From: a virus
Lineage: Duplodnaviria; Caudoviricetes
Reading direction: 5' to 3' (one strand)
Length of the DNA: 57,774 nt
Virus record (IMG/VR): IMGVR_UViG_3300012953_000037
Location: 1 to 57,774 of that record
Shown here: one piece after another, positions 40,082 through 48,483 of the stretch
Layout: each line of letters begins with the position of its first letter
Numbering within the stretch: the first letter of the stretch is position 1
Made by a program: the position numbers and the translations under genes
Notes under the pieces: generated by a model
Database searches by the model: none
Seen by the model: the letters and a program-made list of their open reading frames with translations, nothing else
Told to the model about the DNA's origin: nothing

Positions 40082-40268
40082 CATAAAGATTGTCATACCA
40101 GAAAATTACAAACCTGACCCTAAAGATTGTCCAATTTGCAAATTGGCTTTTTCATCGGTAGGTGACGTAATTAATTTTAGAAAACACGAGTGTTGTCTTG
40201 CATGCGACACAAAGTATCGATACCCTAACAGAGAAAAGTGGGAAAAAGGGTGGAGACCAGATAATTAA
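40074..40268 (+). CDS. Small Cys-rich putative zinc-binding protein (64 aa)
   Basis: CPIC...CCLAC. Overlaps the SbcCD stop by 8 nt. AAGGTGG RBS-like sequence. Confidence 0.6.
   Translation: MNNIKIVIPENYKPDPKDCPICKLAFSSVGDVINFRKHECCLACDTKYRYPNREKWEKGWRPDN
40260..40267 (+). promoter_or_regulatory. Putative late promoter variant GATAATTA
   Basis: 28 nt before the ATG at 40288, at the start of the head/packaging operon. Confidence 0.5.
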
Positions 40269-40287
40269 ATAGAAACAGGAGAACCCT

Positions 40288-40701
40288 ATGTTAGATTTAC
40301 AAGAACTAAGAATTTTAGAAAGCTTGGTCAATACGACCTTTGGCAGGACTTCAATGCGAGAAGCAGGCCATGCGATCGCACACAAAGTCATGAACCATTG
40401 TGACGATGGTTGTACATTAGAGATCAGGTTTGAAACAATTGTCAATGTCAATTCACGTGATGGGATTATGACAGCACAAAAAGAATTTGATGATATATCT
40501 AGAAAAGCGATAGATGAACAAATCAAACAGATTAAACAAGACTTCAAAGTCGAATCTGGCAGAGCTCTGAAAGTAAAAGAATTCAAATCAGACAGAAAAG
40601 GCCAACAACCTTTGAGAGAATCGTTTCTCGAGATTATTTCTTTCAATCCATCACTCCTTCGTGGAAAATATTATAGAACTTTGCAATACCACATCGCATA
40701 A
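40288..40701 (+). CDS. Hypothetical protein (137 aa) translationally coupled to TerL
   Basis: AGGAG RBS. TAATG overlap with terL. Confidence 0.65.
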   Translation: MLDLQELRILESLVNTTFGRTSMREAGHAIAHKVMNHCDDGCTLEIRFETIVNVNSRDGIMTAQKEFDDISRKAIDEQIKQIKQDFKVESGRALKVKEFKSDRKGQQPLRESFLEIISFNPSLLRGKYYRTLQYHIA

Positions 40702-42281
40702 TGGCTTCAATACGAAACAATAAACAGGCGCAGATCAAAGAGATCATCAAGTGTGGAAAGAACCCTACGTATTTCTTTAATAAGTACGTAAAGATTCAAC
40801 ATCCACAGAAAGGTACTATTCCTTTCAAAACTTACCCATTTCAAGATACATGCGTACAAGATTTCAGAGATCATCGATTTAATATAGTGCTCAAATCACG
40901 CCAGTTAGGTCTGTCAACGATTACTGCAGCTTATGCTATGTGGATGGTATTGTTTCATAAAGATAAAAATGTTCTGATTATCGCTACGAAATTAGCAGTG
41001 GCACAAAACTTTATCAAAAAGTGCAAGTTTCTTCTAGCGTCATGTCCGAAGTGGTTGATACTTCCTCAAATTATAAAGAATAATTCACAAGCAATCGAGT
41101 TCAACAACGGTTCACAAATCAAAGCTATCCCTACGTCAGAGGATGCAGGTCGTTCAGAAGCATTGTCTCTCCTAATCGTGGATGAGGCTGCCTTCGTGAG
41201 AAATTTTGATACTCTATGGACCGGTCTGTACCCAACGTTGTCAACGGGGGGTGAGGCAATTGTTTTGTCAACTCCAAATGGTGTCGGAGGACAGTATTAT
41301 GATTTGTGGGTATATGCTGAAAAAGGAGAAAATGTTTTCAATCCGATTAAGCTTCCTTGGGATGTCCACCCTGATAGAGATGATACGTGGTTCGAAGAAG
41401 AAACCAAGAACATGTCTCAAAAACAAATCGCACAAGAATTGTTATGTGACTTTGCAGCTTCCGGAGAAACATTTTTAAGAGTCGAAGATATAGAGTACAT
41501 TCGAGAATGGATCCGAACACCTATCGACCGTTGGGGACCCGATATGGGAGTTTGGGTTTGGGATTATCCTTTAAGTGAAAAGAAATATGTGATCTCTGCA
41601 GATGTTTCCAGAGGGGATGCGAACGATTATTCGACTTTCCACGTAATAGATACCGAAGCTTCTCATATCGTTGCAGAATACCAAGGCAAATTACCGCCAG
41701 ATAGATTTGCGCAATTATTAGCAGAAGCCGGAAAAAGATATAACGATGCATTGTTGTGTCCTGAGAATAATTCGTATGGATACGCAGTCATCATGAAATT
41801 AAACGAGTTAGATTATCGAAACTTGTATTTCCAAAATGATAAAGATCGATATAATTATATGTACGGCAACAAAGACATTGCCAAAATTGGGTTTCAGACT
41901 AATTCTAAAACCCGAGCACAAATACTGACGAAATTGGAAGAAGTGTTGAGAACTAAACAAGTGAAAATTCGTTCCAGTCGGTTATATGAAGAACTAAAAA
42001 CCTTCGTATGGAAGAATGGAAAAGCACAGGCTATGCGTGGTCAAAACGATGATTTGATCATAGCATTAGCTATTGGCGTTTGGCTTTATGATACCTCTCC
42101 ACAATTGTCAAAACACGGAACAGATATAAACAAAGCAATGTTGGCAGCTTTTGCAGTAAATTCAACGCAAGTTGAAGATACAGTTTTAGATCAGGACAGT
42201 GCAAAAATACAACACAGACGAAAGAGCGTCACATTTCCCGGGTCAAAACACCCTTATGGTAATTATGATTGGCTAAAATAG
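40701..42281 (+). CDS. terL: Terminase large subunit (T4 gp17-like)
   Basis: YPFQ adenine-binding motif, Walker A KSRQLGLST, Walker B LLIVDEAAF, coupling motif STPNG, nuclease motifs ISADVSRG..DYS and NDDLIIA. Confidence 0.95.
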   Translation: MASIRNNKQAQIKEIIKCGKNPTYFFNKYVKIQHPQKGTIPFKTYPFQDTCVQDFRDHRFNIVLKSRQLGLSTITAAYAMWMVLFHKDKNVLIIATKLAVAQNFIKKCKFLLASCPKWLILPQIIKNNSQAIEFNNGSQIKAIPTSEDAGRSEALSLLIVDEAAFVRNFDTLWTGLYPTLSTGGEAIVLSTPNGVGGQYYDLWVYAEKGENVFNPIKLPWDVHPDRDDTWFEEETKNMSQKQIAQELLCDFAASGETFLRVEDIEYIREWIRTPIDRWGPDMGVWVWDYPLSEKKYVISADVSRGDANDYSTFHVIDTEASHIVAEYQGKLPPDRFAQLLAEAGKRYNDALLCPENNSYGYAVIMKLNELDYRNLYFQNDKDRYNYMYGNKDIAKIGFQTNSKTRAQILTKLEEVLRTKQVKIRSSRLYEELKTFVWKNGKAQAMRGQNDDLIIALAIGVWLYDTSPQLSKHGTDINKAMLAAFAVNSTQVEDTVLDQDSAKIQHRRKSVTFPGSKHPYGNYDWLK

Positions 42282-42290
42282 AAACTAACG

Positions 42291-42298
42291 TATAATTA
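42291..42298 (+). promoter_or_regulatory. Putative late promoter TATAATTA
   Basis: Exact octamer, 35 nt before the portal ATG. Confidence 0.65.
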
Positions 42299-42325
42299 TT
42301 GGTTAGTTAAGGATGGTATGAAAAA

Positions 42326-44377
42326 ATGGCAGACAGAAAAACCCCAGACAACTTGTTTCAGCGACTTACGAAGCTGTTTCGATCCGGACCAAGCGTCAAA
42401 CGCAAGGTCAAGAATTACACAAAGGCTGATAAAAATGCTTCTAGTGCCGTGGAGCTTTTCAAAAAAGCTCATTCAGACGTGTACAATAGCACTCTTTCTG
42501 CTTATGGGACTTTTGACCGCATGGCTCGCTATAGTGATTTTTCTGAGATGGAATCTACCCCCGAAATTGCTAGCGCCTTGGACATCTACGCAGAAGAAAG
42601 TTGTTCCCAAGACTCCGAAGGGCGAGTCCTCCACATTCACTCCGACAATCGAAAAGTAAAAGAGCTTCTAGAAACATTGTTTTACGATACCCTTAATATT
42701 AATTTTAATATGGTGATGTGGACTCGAAATCTTTGTAAATACGGAGATTTTTTCTTGTTCAACGATGTATCTCCTGAATATGGTGTTATCAATGCCTATC
42801 CCATCCCAATTACGGAAATAGAAAGAGAAGAAGGGTATGATGCGAATGATCCTTCGGCCGTAAGATTTCGTTGGATTGCCCAAGGAAACGCAATTCTAGA
42901 AAATTGGCAAATAAGTCATTTTAGATTGCTCGGCAATGATGCGTTCCTCCCGTATGGATCCTCGGTTCTCGAGGCCGCACGTAGGATATGGCGTCAGCTT
43001 ATTCTTATCGAAGATGCAATGATGGTTTATCGTGTCATTCGATCTCCGGAAAGGAGGGTATTCTATATCGATGTTGGTAATGTGCCTCCAGAAGATGTTG
43101 CAAACTATGTCGAACAAGCAAAGAACTCTTTGAAAGTAAATAAGGTTGTAGGGGGATCCCAAGGCAACGTAGATTTACGATACAACCCAATGGCTGTTGA
43201 TGAAGATTACTTCATTCCTGTAAGAGGTGGAGATACCGGTACTAGAATTGATTCACTTTCAGGTGGCCAAAATACGTCTGCAATCGAGGATGTTGAATAC
43301 ATACAAAAGAAACTCTTTGCAGCTTTGAAGATCCCTAAGGCTTATCTAGGATACGACGAAGAAGTAGGTTCGAAAGCAACACTAGCTCAAGAGGATATAC
43401 GATTCAGTCGATCAATTGCGAGGATCCAGAAAACAATCATAGCTGAGTTGAATAAGCTGGCCATGATCCATCTTTATGCACACGGTTTCGAAGGAGAGGA
43501 TTTACTTGATTTTTCCCTATCCTTATCGAATCCATCGTCTTTAGCACAGCAACAGAAACTTTCATTGATTGAACAAAAGTTTAGCATAGCAGGATCTGCT
43601 CCCGAGGGAATGGTATCTAAAACGTGGATATATCAAAATATATTTGGCTTCAACAAAGACACGATAGAGCAAATCCATCGAGATCTCATCAGAGAAAAAT
43701 TGGAAGGAATGGAAGTTGAAAATGCAGGCTCAGATGAAGAGGGCGGTGATGACGGAGGTGGCGACGATGGAGGTGGCCTGTTTGCAGGAGATGCAATTCA
43801 AGGGCAAATTCTAGACGGTGACACAGATACTAAAATCATTCCTCAGCTTGGAGAAACAGATGAATTTTCAGAGGATGAAAACGAGGATGACGAATATATA
43901 GATCTCGAAAGAATTTCACAGCATATAGGAGATGGCGAAATAAAGCCTAGCTCCACGTCTAAGGGTGCATTCGGAAATGAAATAACCAATCCTCGAGATC
44001 GATCTGTCAAATTTGGTGCTGCAGACCTTCACATGCCAGATTTTAAGAAAATGGTTGCTGGCTCAAGACCTCAGGATACAATGAATGATCCTTACGACAG
44101 CTCTTGGATCAGGAACTGGGGAAGAAGAGATCAGATGGAATCAAAAAGTCAACGTTTGGCAGACATAATTGCAGGAATGGATTCTCCTATTAAAGATCTA
44201 GTCCCTGAAACAATCAAACCATCGATGTCTTTTGACACCCAAAGAATGTTAGAGAAAATGAACTCAAAGTTAGGCATACGCAAGTTGATGACAGAATCAA
44301 AAAATTATGAAACACTTGTCGAAGGTTCTTTCGACGAAGAATTCGAAATAGATATGGAGAATACAGATGACAATTAA
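42326..44377 (+). CDS. Portal protein (T4 gp20-like) with long acidic C-terminal extension
   Basis: gp20 signatures QLILIEDAMMVYRVIRSPERRVFYIDVGNVP, EDYFIPVRGG...IDSLSGG and IEDVEYIQKKLFAALKIP. Confidence 0.95.
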   Translation: MADRKTPDNLFQRLTKLFRSGPSVKRKVKNYTKADKNASSAVELFKKAHSDVYNSTLSAYGTFDRMARYSDFSEMESTPEIASALDIYAEESCSQDSEGRVLHIHSDNRKVKELLETLFYDTLNINFNMVMWTRNLCKYGDFFLFNDVSPEYGVINAYPIPITEIEREEGYDANDPSAVRFRWIAQGNAILENWQISHFRLLGNDAFLPYGSSVLEAARRIWRQLILIEDAMMVYRVIRSPERRVFYIDVGNVPPEDVANYVEQAKNSLKVNKVVGGSQGNVDLRYNPMAVDEDYFIPVRGGDTGTRIDSLSGGQNTSAIEDVEYIQKKLFAALKIPKAYLGYDEEVGSKATLAQEDIRFSRSIARIQKTIIAELNKLAMIHLYAHGFEGEDLLDFSLSLSNPSSLAQQQKLSLIEQKFSIAGSAPEGMVSKTWIYQNIFGFNKDTIEQIHRDLIREKLEGMEVENAGSDEEGGDDGGGDDGGGLFAGDAIQGQILDGDTDTKIIPQLGETDEFSEDENEDDEYIDLERISQHIGDGEIKPSSTSKGAFGNEITNPRDRSVKFGAADLHMPDFKKMVAGSRPQDTMNDPYDSSWIRNWGRRDQMESKSQRLADIIAGMDSPIKDLVPETIKPSMSFDTQRMLEKMNSKLGIRKLMTESKNYETLVEGSFDEEFEIDMENTDDN

Positions 44378-45209
44378 ATCCCACAACAAAAAACGAAATG
44401 TCGGGATTATTTACGAACAGCTCCTAGCAGTCGCTGCAAGAGGCATAGTAGAAAATAACGAAAACCTAACCAATAAAGCTAGAAAAATTATCAGAAGATT
44501 TTTCAAAGAAGGAACTGAAATATATCGTGAACATCGTCTTTTCAAGGCATTAGTTGAGCCTGAAATTTCTGAGGGATCCCTTGCCACTAAGATTTTAGAT
44601 GAAGCGAAAAAAGCAGCAAGAACACACGACACCCAACGCCTAGAACGAGAAAAATCAAGGCTGATCAAAGAGATCAATTACTCTTTCGGAAAGAATTTCT
44701 ATTCTCATAAAGTCAAAAATTATACGACATTTGCGACAGTTCAAACTCTTTTGAACGACTGGAGACTTTGGAATAAAGCAGACTTCAATCGGGTGACTTT
44801 GTTTGAAACAAAGGTACACACTTTGCTATTAAGCCCAAAACAACCGGAGTCTCTTTCTGGCCATGCAGATCAACAAGTTGATAATTTAGTTGTCAAAGTC
44901 ATGACAGAAAAATATAATGAAAAATATGGAAAACAACTGACAGAAGTTCAACAAATGCTTGTGAAACAATACATTTTCGCAGAGAATGGCGATACAACTG
45001 GCTTCAAGTCGATGTTGACTAGAATTAAAGAAACAGTAGTAAGGGATCTAGTCGACTATGAATCTGAATGTGATAATGACCACGTTGCAAGTAAAATTAA
45101 CGAAGTCAAGGAAGATATACGCTCCTTAGACATAAATACTCTAGACGACCAAACAATGACTCGTTTCTTGACATTGTGTGACCTGTCTGAAGAGCTGCGG
45201 AGAAAATAA
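44367..45209 (+). CDS. Hypothetical head-module protein (280 aa)
   Basis: Helical ORF between portal and protease with GGAG RBS. It overlaps the portal stop and abuts the protease ATG. Confidence 0.65.
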   Translation: MTIKSHNKKRNVGIIYEQLLAVAARGIVENNENLTNKARKIIRRFFKEGTEIYREHRLFKALVEPEISEGSLATKILDEAKKAARTHDTQRLEREKSRLIKEINYSFGKNFYSHKVKNYTTFATVQTLLNDWRLWNKADFNRVTLFETKVHTLLLSPKQPESLSGHADQQVDNLVVKVMTEKYNEKYGKQLTEVQQMLVKQYIFAENGDTTGFKSMLTRIKETVVRDLVDYESECDNDHVASKINEVKEDIRSLDINTLDDQTMTRFLTLCDLSEELRRK

Positions 45210-45821
45210 ATGAGCGCACTTAAATTAATTACCGAATGGTCCGCGTGGGAATACGACAAAGAGAAGACTCTTAATGAAGCTGCTTCGAATGGTGGTCGAT
45301 ATATCATGCGAGGGATTTTGCAAAAAGCGAATACCTTGAATCAAAACGGCAGGGTTTATCCTTTAGATATACTCGAACGAGAAGTACGAAACTATCAGAA
45401 GTTTATTGCAGAAAATAGAGCTCTTGGTGAGCTCGATCATCCCGACTCTTCAGTTGTGGAATTAAAGAATGCTTCGCACATTGTAAGAGAAGCATACATG
45501 CAAGGCGATATCTGCTACGGGTCAGTCGAAATTCTAGATACTCCATCAGGTAAGATCCTAAAATCCCTCGTAGATTCTGGTGTCACGCTAGGTATTTCGT
45601 CTAGAGGCGTAGGAAGTACCCGAAAAGAAAGTGATTATCAAGTCGTACAAGACGATTTTCAACTCATCTGTTGGGATTTTGTGACAGAACCCAGTACGCC
45701 GGGAGCCTTTATGATGAAAGAGGGCAAAGAGATAAATGAATCTGATCTCAAACGACACTTTACTAAGAGCGACAGGATCGATAGAATATTTAATGACGTT
45801 ATGTCATGGAGGAAAGAATAA
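45210..45821 (+). CDS. Prohead core protease (T4 gp21-like)
   Basis: Motifs NQNGRVYP, ALGELDHP, ILDTPSGKIL, LGISSRGVGS and WDFVTEPSTPGA. Confidence 0.95.
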   Translation: MSALKLITEWSAWEYDKEKTLNEAASNGGRYIMRGILQKANTLNQNGRVYPLDILEREVRNYQKFIAENRALGELDHPDSSVVELKNASHIVREAYMQGDICYGSVEILDTPSGKILKSLVDSGVTLGISSRGVGSTRKESDYQVVQDDFQLICWDFVTEPSTPGAFMMKEGKEINESDLKRHFTKSDRIDRIFNDVMSWRKE

Positions 45822-46279
45822 TGGCTGGTTATTACGATAGAGATAGAAATCCCCGAAATGAAGTGACTGGGATTTCTGGTACAAGAACAATGGCTGGGAC
45901 TATGAACCATCCCACAACACATTATGGGAATACCGCAGAGTTTATGGTTTCTGGTTGGCCTTATCTGGGTCAAAAGACAAATGCTGATTTGAATGGAGAT
46001 CTTTCTGATTATGATTGTGAGATAACGTTCACTCACGTGACACAACATATCACGATCTCAGCGATTGACGGAAATATAACAGTGACTCTTGGTGGCGGTG
46101 CCGCATCTTTCATAGTTCCAGCGGGAACTATATCTCCAAGATTCGACGTAAAAGTGGGTCAGATGACATTGACCATCCCGGATGGTGCCACAGCTAGCTA
46201 CATCGCCGGGCTTACGAATGTTCCAGTATCAGAATTACCAGACATGAGTGCTTGGACTGGTATCGCAGCGAATCCATAA
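45821..46279 (+). CDS. Hypothetical beta-rich virion protein (152 aa)
   Basis: GGAGG RBS and TAATG coupling support ATG 45821. Confidence 0.6.
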   Translation: MAGYYDRDRNPRNEVTGISGTRTMAGTMNHPTTHYGNTAEFMVSGWPYLGQKTNADLNGDLSDYDCEITFTHVTQHITISAIDGNITVTLGGGAASFIVPAGTISPRFDVKVGQMTLTIPDGATASYIAGLTNVPVSELPDMSAWTGIAANP

Positions 46280-46297
46280 AAATACAGAGGTTAGGTT

Positions 46298-46741
46298 ATG
46301 GCAAAAGTTAAACGTTCAGTTTTGAAAGAGATAGTTAAGGAATGCTTGTTAGAGATACTGTTTGAAGGTATCGATTCTGAGTCAGGATATGAAGAAGAAG
46401 AGCCGATAAGGGAAGCTCGTCAATCTAGACGAGCTTCTCGTCCTTCTAAGTCTACATTAGAAGAAGCAGTGCAAAAGCACCAGCGACCAAGGAAGACTAG
46501 CAAGCCCGCACAAGCCGAAGATCTAGCAGCTGTTGCTGCATCAGAGCTTACTAATGATCCTGTGATGGCTTCGATTTTTGCAGACACTGCACAAACGACA
46601 TTACAAGAACAGCGAAGGGGAGAAGGACGAAGAGCCCCAGCTGATAATGCAGCTGCAGTTGTTGAAAACACAGAAGATATGAGTTCTATTTTCGAAGGTG
46701 CCGACAATTGGGCAGCAATTGCATTCGGAGAATCAGAATAA
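46298..46741 (+). CDS. Hypothetical prohead-core-like protein (147 aa)
   Basis: N-terminal KVKRSVLKEIVKECLLEILFE helix and several (L/I)xE sites. Confidence 0.6.
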   Translation: MAKVKRSVLKEIVKECLLEILFEGIDSESGYEEEEPIREARQSRRASRPSKSTLEEAVQKHQRPRKTSKPAQAEDLAAVAASELTNDPVMASIFADTAQTTLQEQRRGEGRRAPADNAAAVVENTEDMSSIFEGADNWAAIAFGESE

Positions 46742-46763
46742 TAGAATTTATTTCTTCGTAGAC

Positions 46764-46771
46764 TATAATTA
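46764..46771 (+). promoter_or_regulatory. Putative late promoter TATAATTA
   Basis: Exact octamer, 38 nt before the ATG at 46802. Confidence 0.65.
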
Positions 46772-46801
46772 GAATTGTTCAATTATTTAGAGGAGATTTC
46801 C

Positions 46802-47119
46802 ATGAGAAAAAACAAACGTACAACTCGTAGACGTGCTGCTAGACCGACAAAGATGACAGCTTCAGCGCTTAGAGCCCTTGTGCTCAAAGAAGCAGCCAAA
46901 CTATCTGGTGAACTTGAAGACGTTTCCAACGTGGAAGCTGAAGAAGTGGAAGCTAGTGATTTTGCAGATACATTAGAGCAAGACCTTGACATGTATAAAG
47001 CAATGAAGATCAAAGAAGCACGCATGCGAAAGCAGTACAACAAATTAGTTAGAGAAGCACGAAAAGTTCGTAGAAACAAAAACCTTGCGAAGAAAAAAAT
47101 ACTTCGTAAATTAAAATAG
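46802..47119 (+). CDS. Small basic-acidic-basic head protein (105 aa)
   Basis: GAGGAG RBS. R/K-rich ends, a KMTASALRALVLKE motif and an acidic middle. Confidence 0.65.
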   Translation: MRKNKRTTRRRAARPTKMTASALRALVLKEAAKLSGELEDVSNVEAEEVEASDFADTLEQDLDMYKAMKIKEARMRKQYNKLVREARKVRRNKNLAKKKILRKLK

Positions 47120-47130
47120 GAGAACATTAA

Positions 47131-47601
47131 ATGCCAACTCATTCACAAATTACTGTAGAGCCCGATGAAAACCAAACAGCAAGTGGTTCTAAAGCTAACA
47201 GAGCAGCTTTGAAATCTATGTTCCAAAGCGCTCCATATTTCAACGATTATGACAAAGACGCTGTCAAAGCCTTAGCACAAGATTTATTGCTTGATGGTGA
47301 AGTAAATGACATGGGTCACACTTTCGGATCTGTATCTCGAGATTATACTGATGCTCCAGATTATGGCGATGTAGAAACCGGTGGAGCTGGTCTTCCTGCT
47401 TCAGCTTGGGTACCTAATCCTGCATCACCTGTCGATGGTGTTAATAACCCAGGATCGATCCCTGAAGCTCCAGAAGGATACGGTTCTACACCGGCCGATA
47501 ACTGGGGAACAGGTGTTGGTTCACAATTATCACCAAAGAATTCTTCTGCAGCTATATCTAGTCAAAAGATTGGTGACTTACCATCGAATAGATCGAGCTA
47601 A
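47131..47601 (+). CDS. Hypothetical virion protein (156 aa), Pro/Gly-rich C-terminus
   Basis: AGGAG RBS, in the head operon. Confidence 0.65.
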   Translation: MPTHSQITVEPDENQTASGSKANRAALKSMFQSAPYFNDYDKDAVKALAQDLLLDGEVNDMGHTFGSVSRDYTDAPDYGDVETGGAGLPASAWVPNPASPVDGVNNPGSIPEAPEGYGSTPADNWGTGVGSQLSPKNSSAAISSQKIGDLPSNRSS

Positions 47602-47604
47602 TAA

Positions 47605-48207
47605 ATGACGCCATCAAAGGTTTCGATAGGTGGTGCTAATTTACCTGCATCGCACGGAGACGGTAGGGACGACCTGGGATATGGTCGTCTCAATCCGAAG
47701 TACCACGTACAAAAGATGCTTGGGAACGATTCATACCCTTATCGAGACCAAGATGAAGATCTGGATGATGTCGAAACATTTGTTGACGAAGAAGAAGAGG
47801 AAGAAATATGGGATCGAATGTCAGCCCCTCAGGACTATGACCCGGGTGGCGGACATTACGATCCATTTTCTTTTACGGGATCTAATACAACTTTAAGTGG
47901 GCCATCACATATCGGTGAGACTTTTGCAAATGCGTCAAGAGGCATGACACCAATCAGTAGAAAAGAATTATATCCACGTTTGAATGTGACACCTGTTGGT
48001 GGTACTGGGCAAGGTGTCGATGCGACTGGTGGGCTCGGTATTTCAACTAATGATACTGGTGATCGATGGGGATGGAGTAATCCTCTCTATAAAGAAATAG
48101 ATACAGATTCTGAAAACGAGTATAATTACACACTAGAAGACATTGCATCAGAAGATGAAGAAGATCTTCGAGAATGCATACGATTAATATTATTGAGGAA
48201 ACTATGA
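47605..48207 (+). CDS. Hypothetical acidic, likely disordered head protein (200 aa)
   Basis: ORF tightly packed in the head operon, ending in the helix EDLRECIRLILLRKL. Confidence 0.6.
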   Translation: MTPSKVSIGGANLPASHGDGRDDLGYGRLNPKYHVQKMLGNDSYPYRDQDEDLDDVETFVDEEEEEEIWDRMSAPQDYDPGGGHYDPFSFTGSNTTLSGPSHIGETFANASRGMTPISRKELYPRLNVTPVGGTGQGVDATGGLGISTNDTGDRWGWSNPLYKEIDTDSENEYNYTLEDIASEDEEDLRECIRLILLRKL

Positions 48208-48431
48208 GCAAAGCTTGCAATTTTTCTGTTAAGAGGAACCCTCGCCTAGCAGGCAAGAAATCTGAAGAAGAACAGAACATGATTTTGATAAAAAAATTCA
48301 TGAAGAAATGGAAACTTTCTGGAATTTTGAGAGAAATCAAAGAAAAATCTTACCCACAAACAAGGGGTATGAAAGCACGAAAAAAGCGATACCTCGGAAA
48401 AAGAAGGAATAATCGTAAGCCAAACCGATAA
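48204..48431 (+). CDS. rpsU: Phage-encoded ribosomal protein bS21 homolog (divergent, 75 aa)
   Basis: LIKKFMKKWKLSGILREIKEKSY...KARKKR aligns by eye with the bS21 core [23 protein letters not shown]...RKRAK. Size and basicity fit. GAGGA RBS and ATGA overlap. Position among head genes matches described bS21 phages. Confidence 0.7.
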   Translation: MSKACNFSVKRNPRLAGKKSEEEQNMILIKKFMKKWKLSGILREIKEKSYPQTRGMKARKKRYLGKRRNNRKPNR

Positions 48432-48463
48432 TTAACAAGTGAAGTTGAAATTTAATTTAATTA
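48427..48463 (+). promoter_or_regulatory. Putative late promoter(s) for scaffold-MCP: GATAATTA (48427) and TTTAATTA (48456)
   Basis: Two one-mismatch octamers, 57 and 28 nt before the ATG at 48484. Confidence 0.45.
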
Positions 48464-48483
48464 ACGACAGGGGAGTACCGTAA

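Noticed and set aside
42318-42659. 113-aa alternative-frame ORF with a hydrophobic stretch overlapping the portal start (holin/spanin-like?)
   Set aside because: Lies almost wholly within the conserved portal frame, has no lipobox, and its ATG is poorly spaced from the AAGGA. Most likely incidental.
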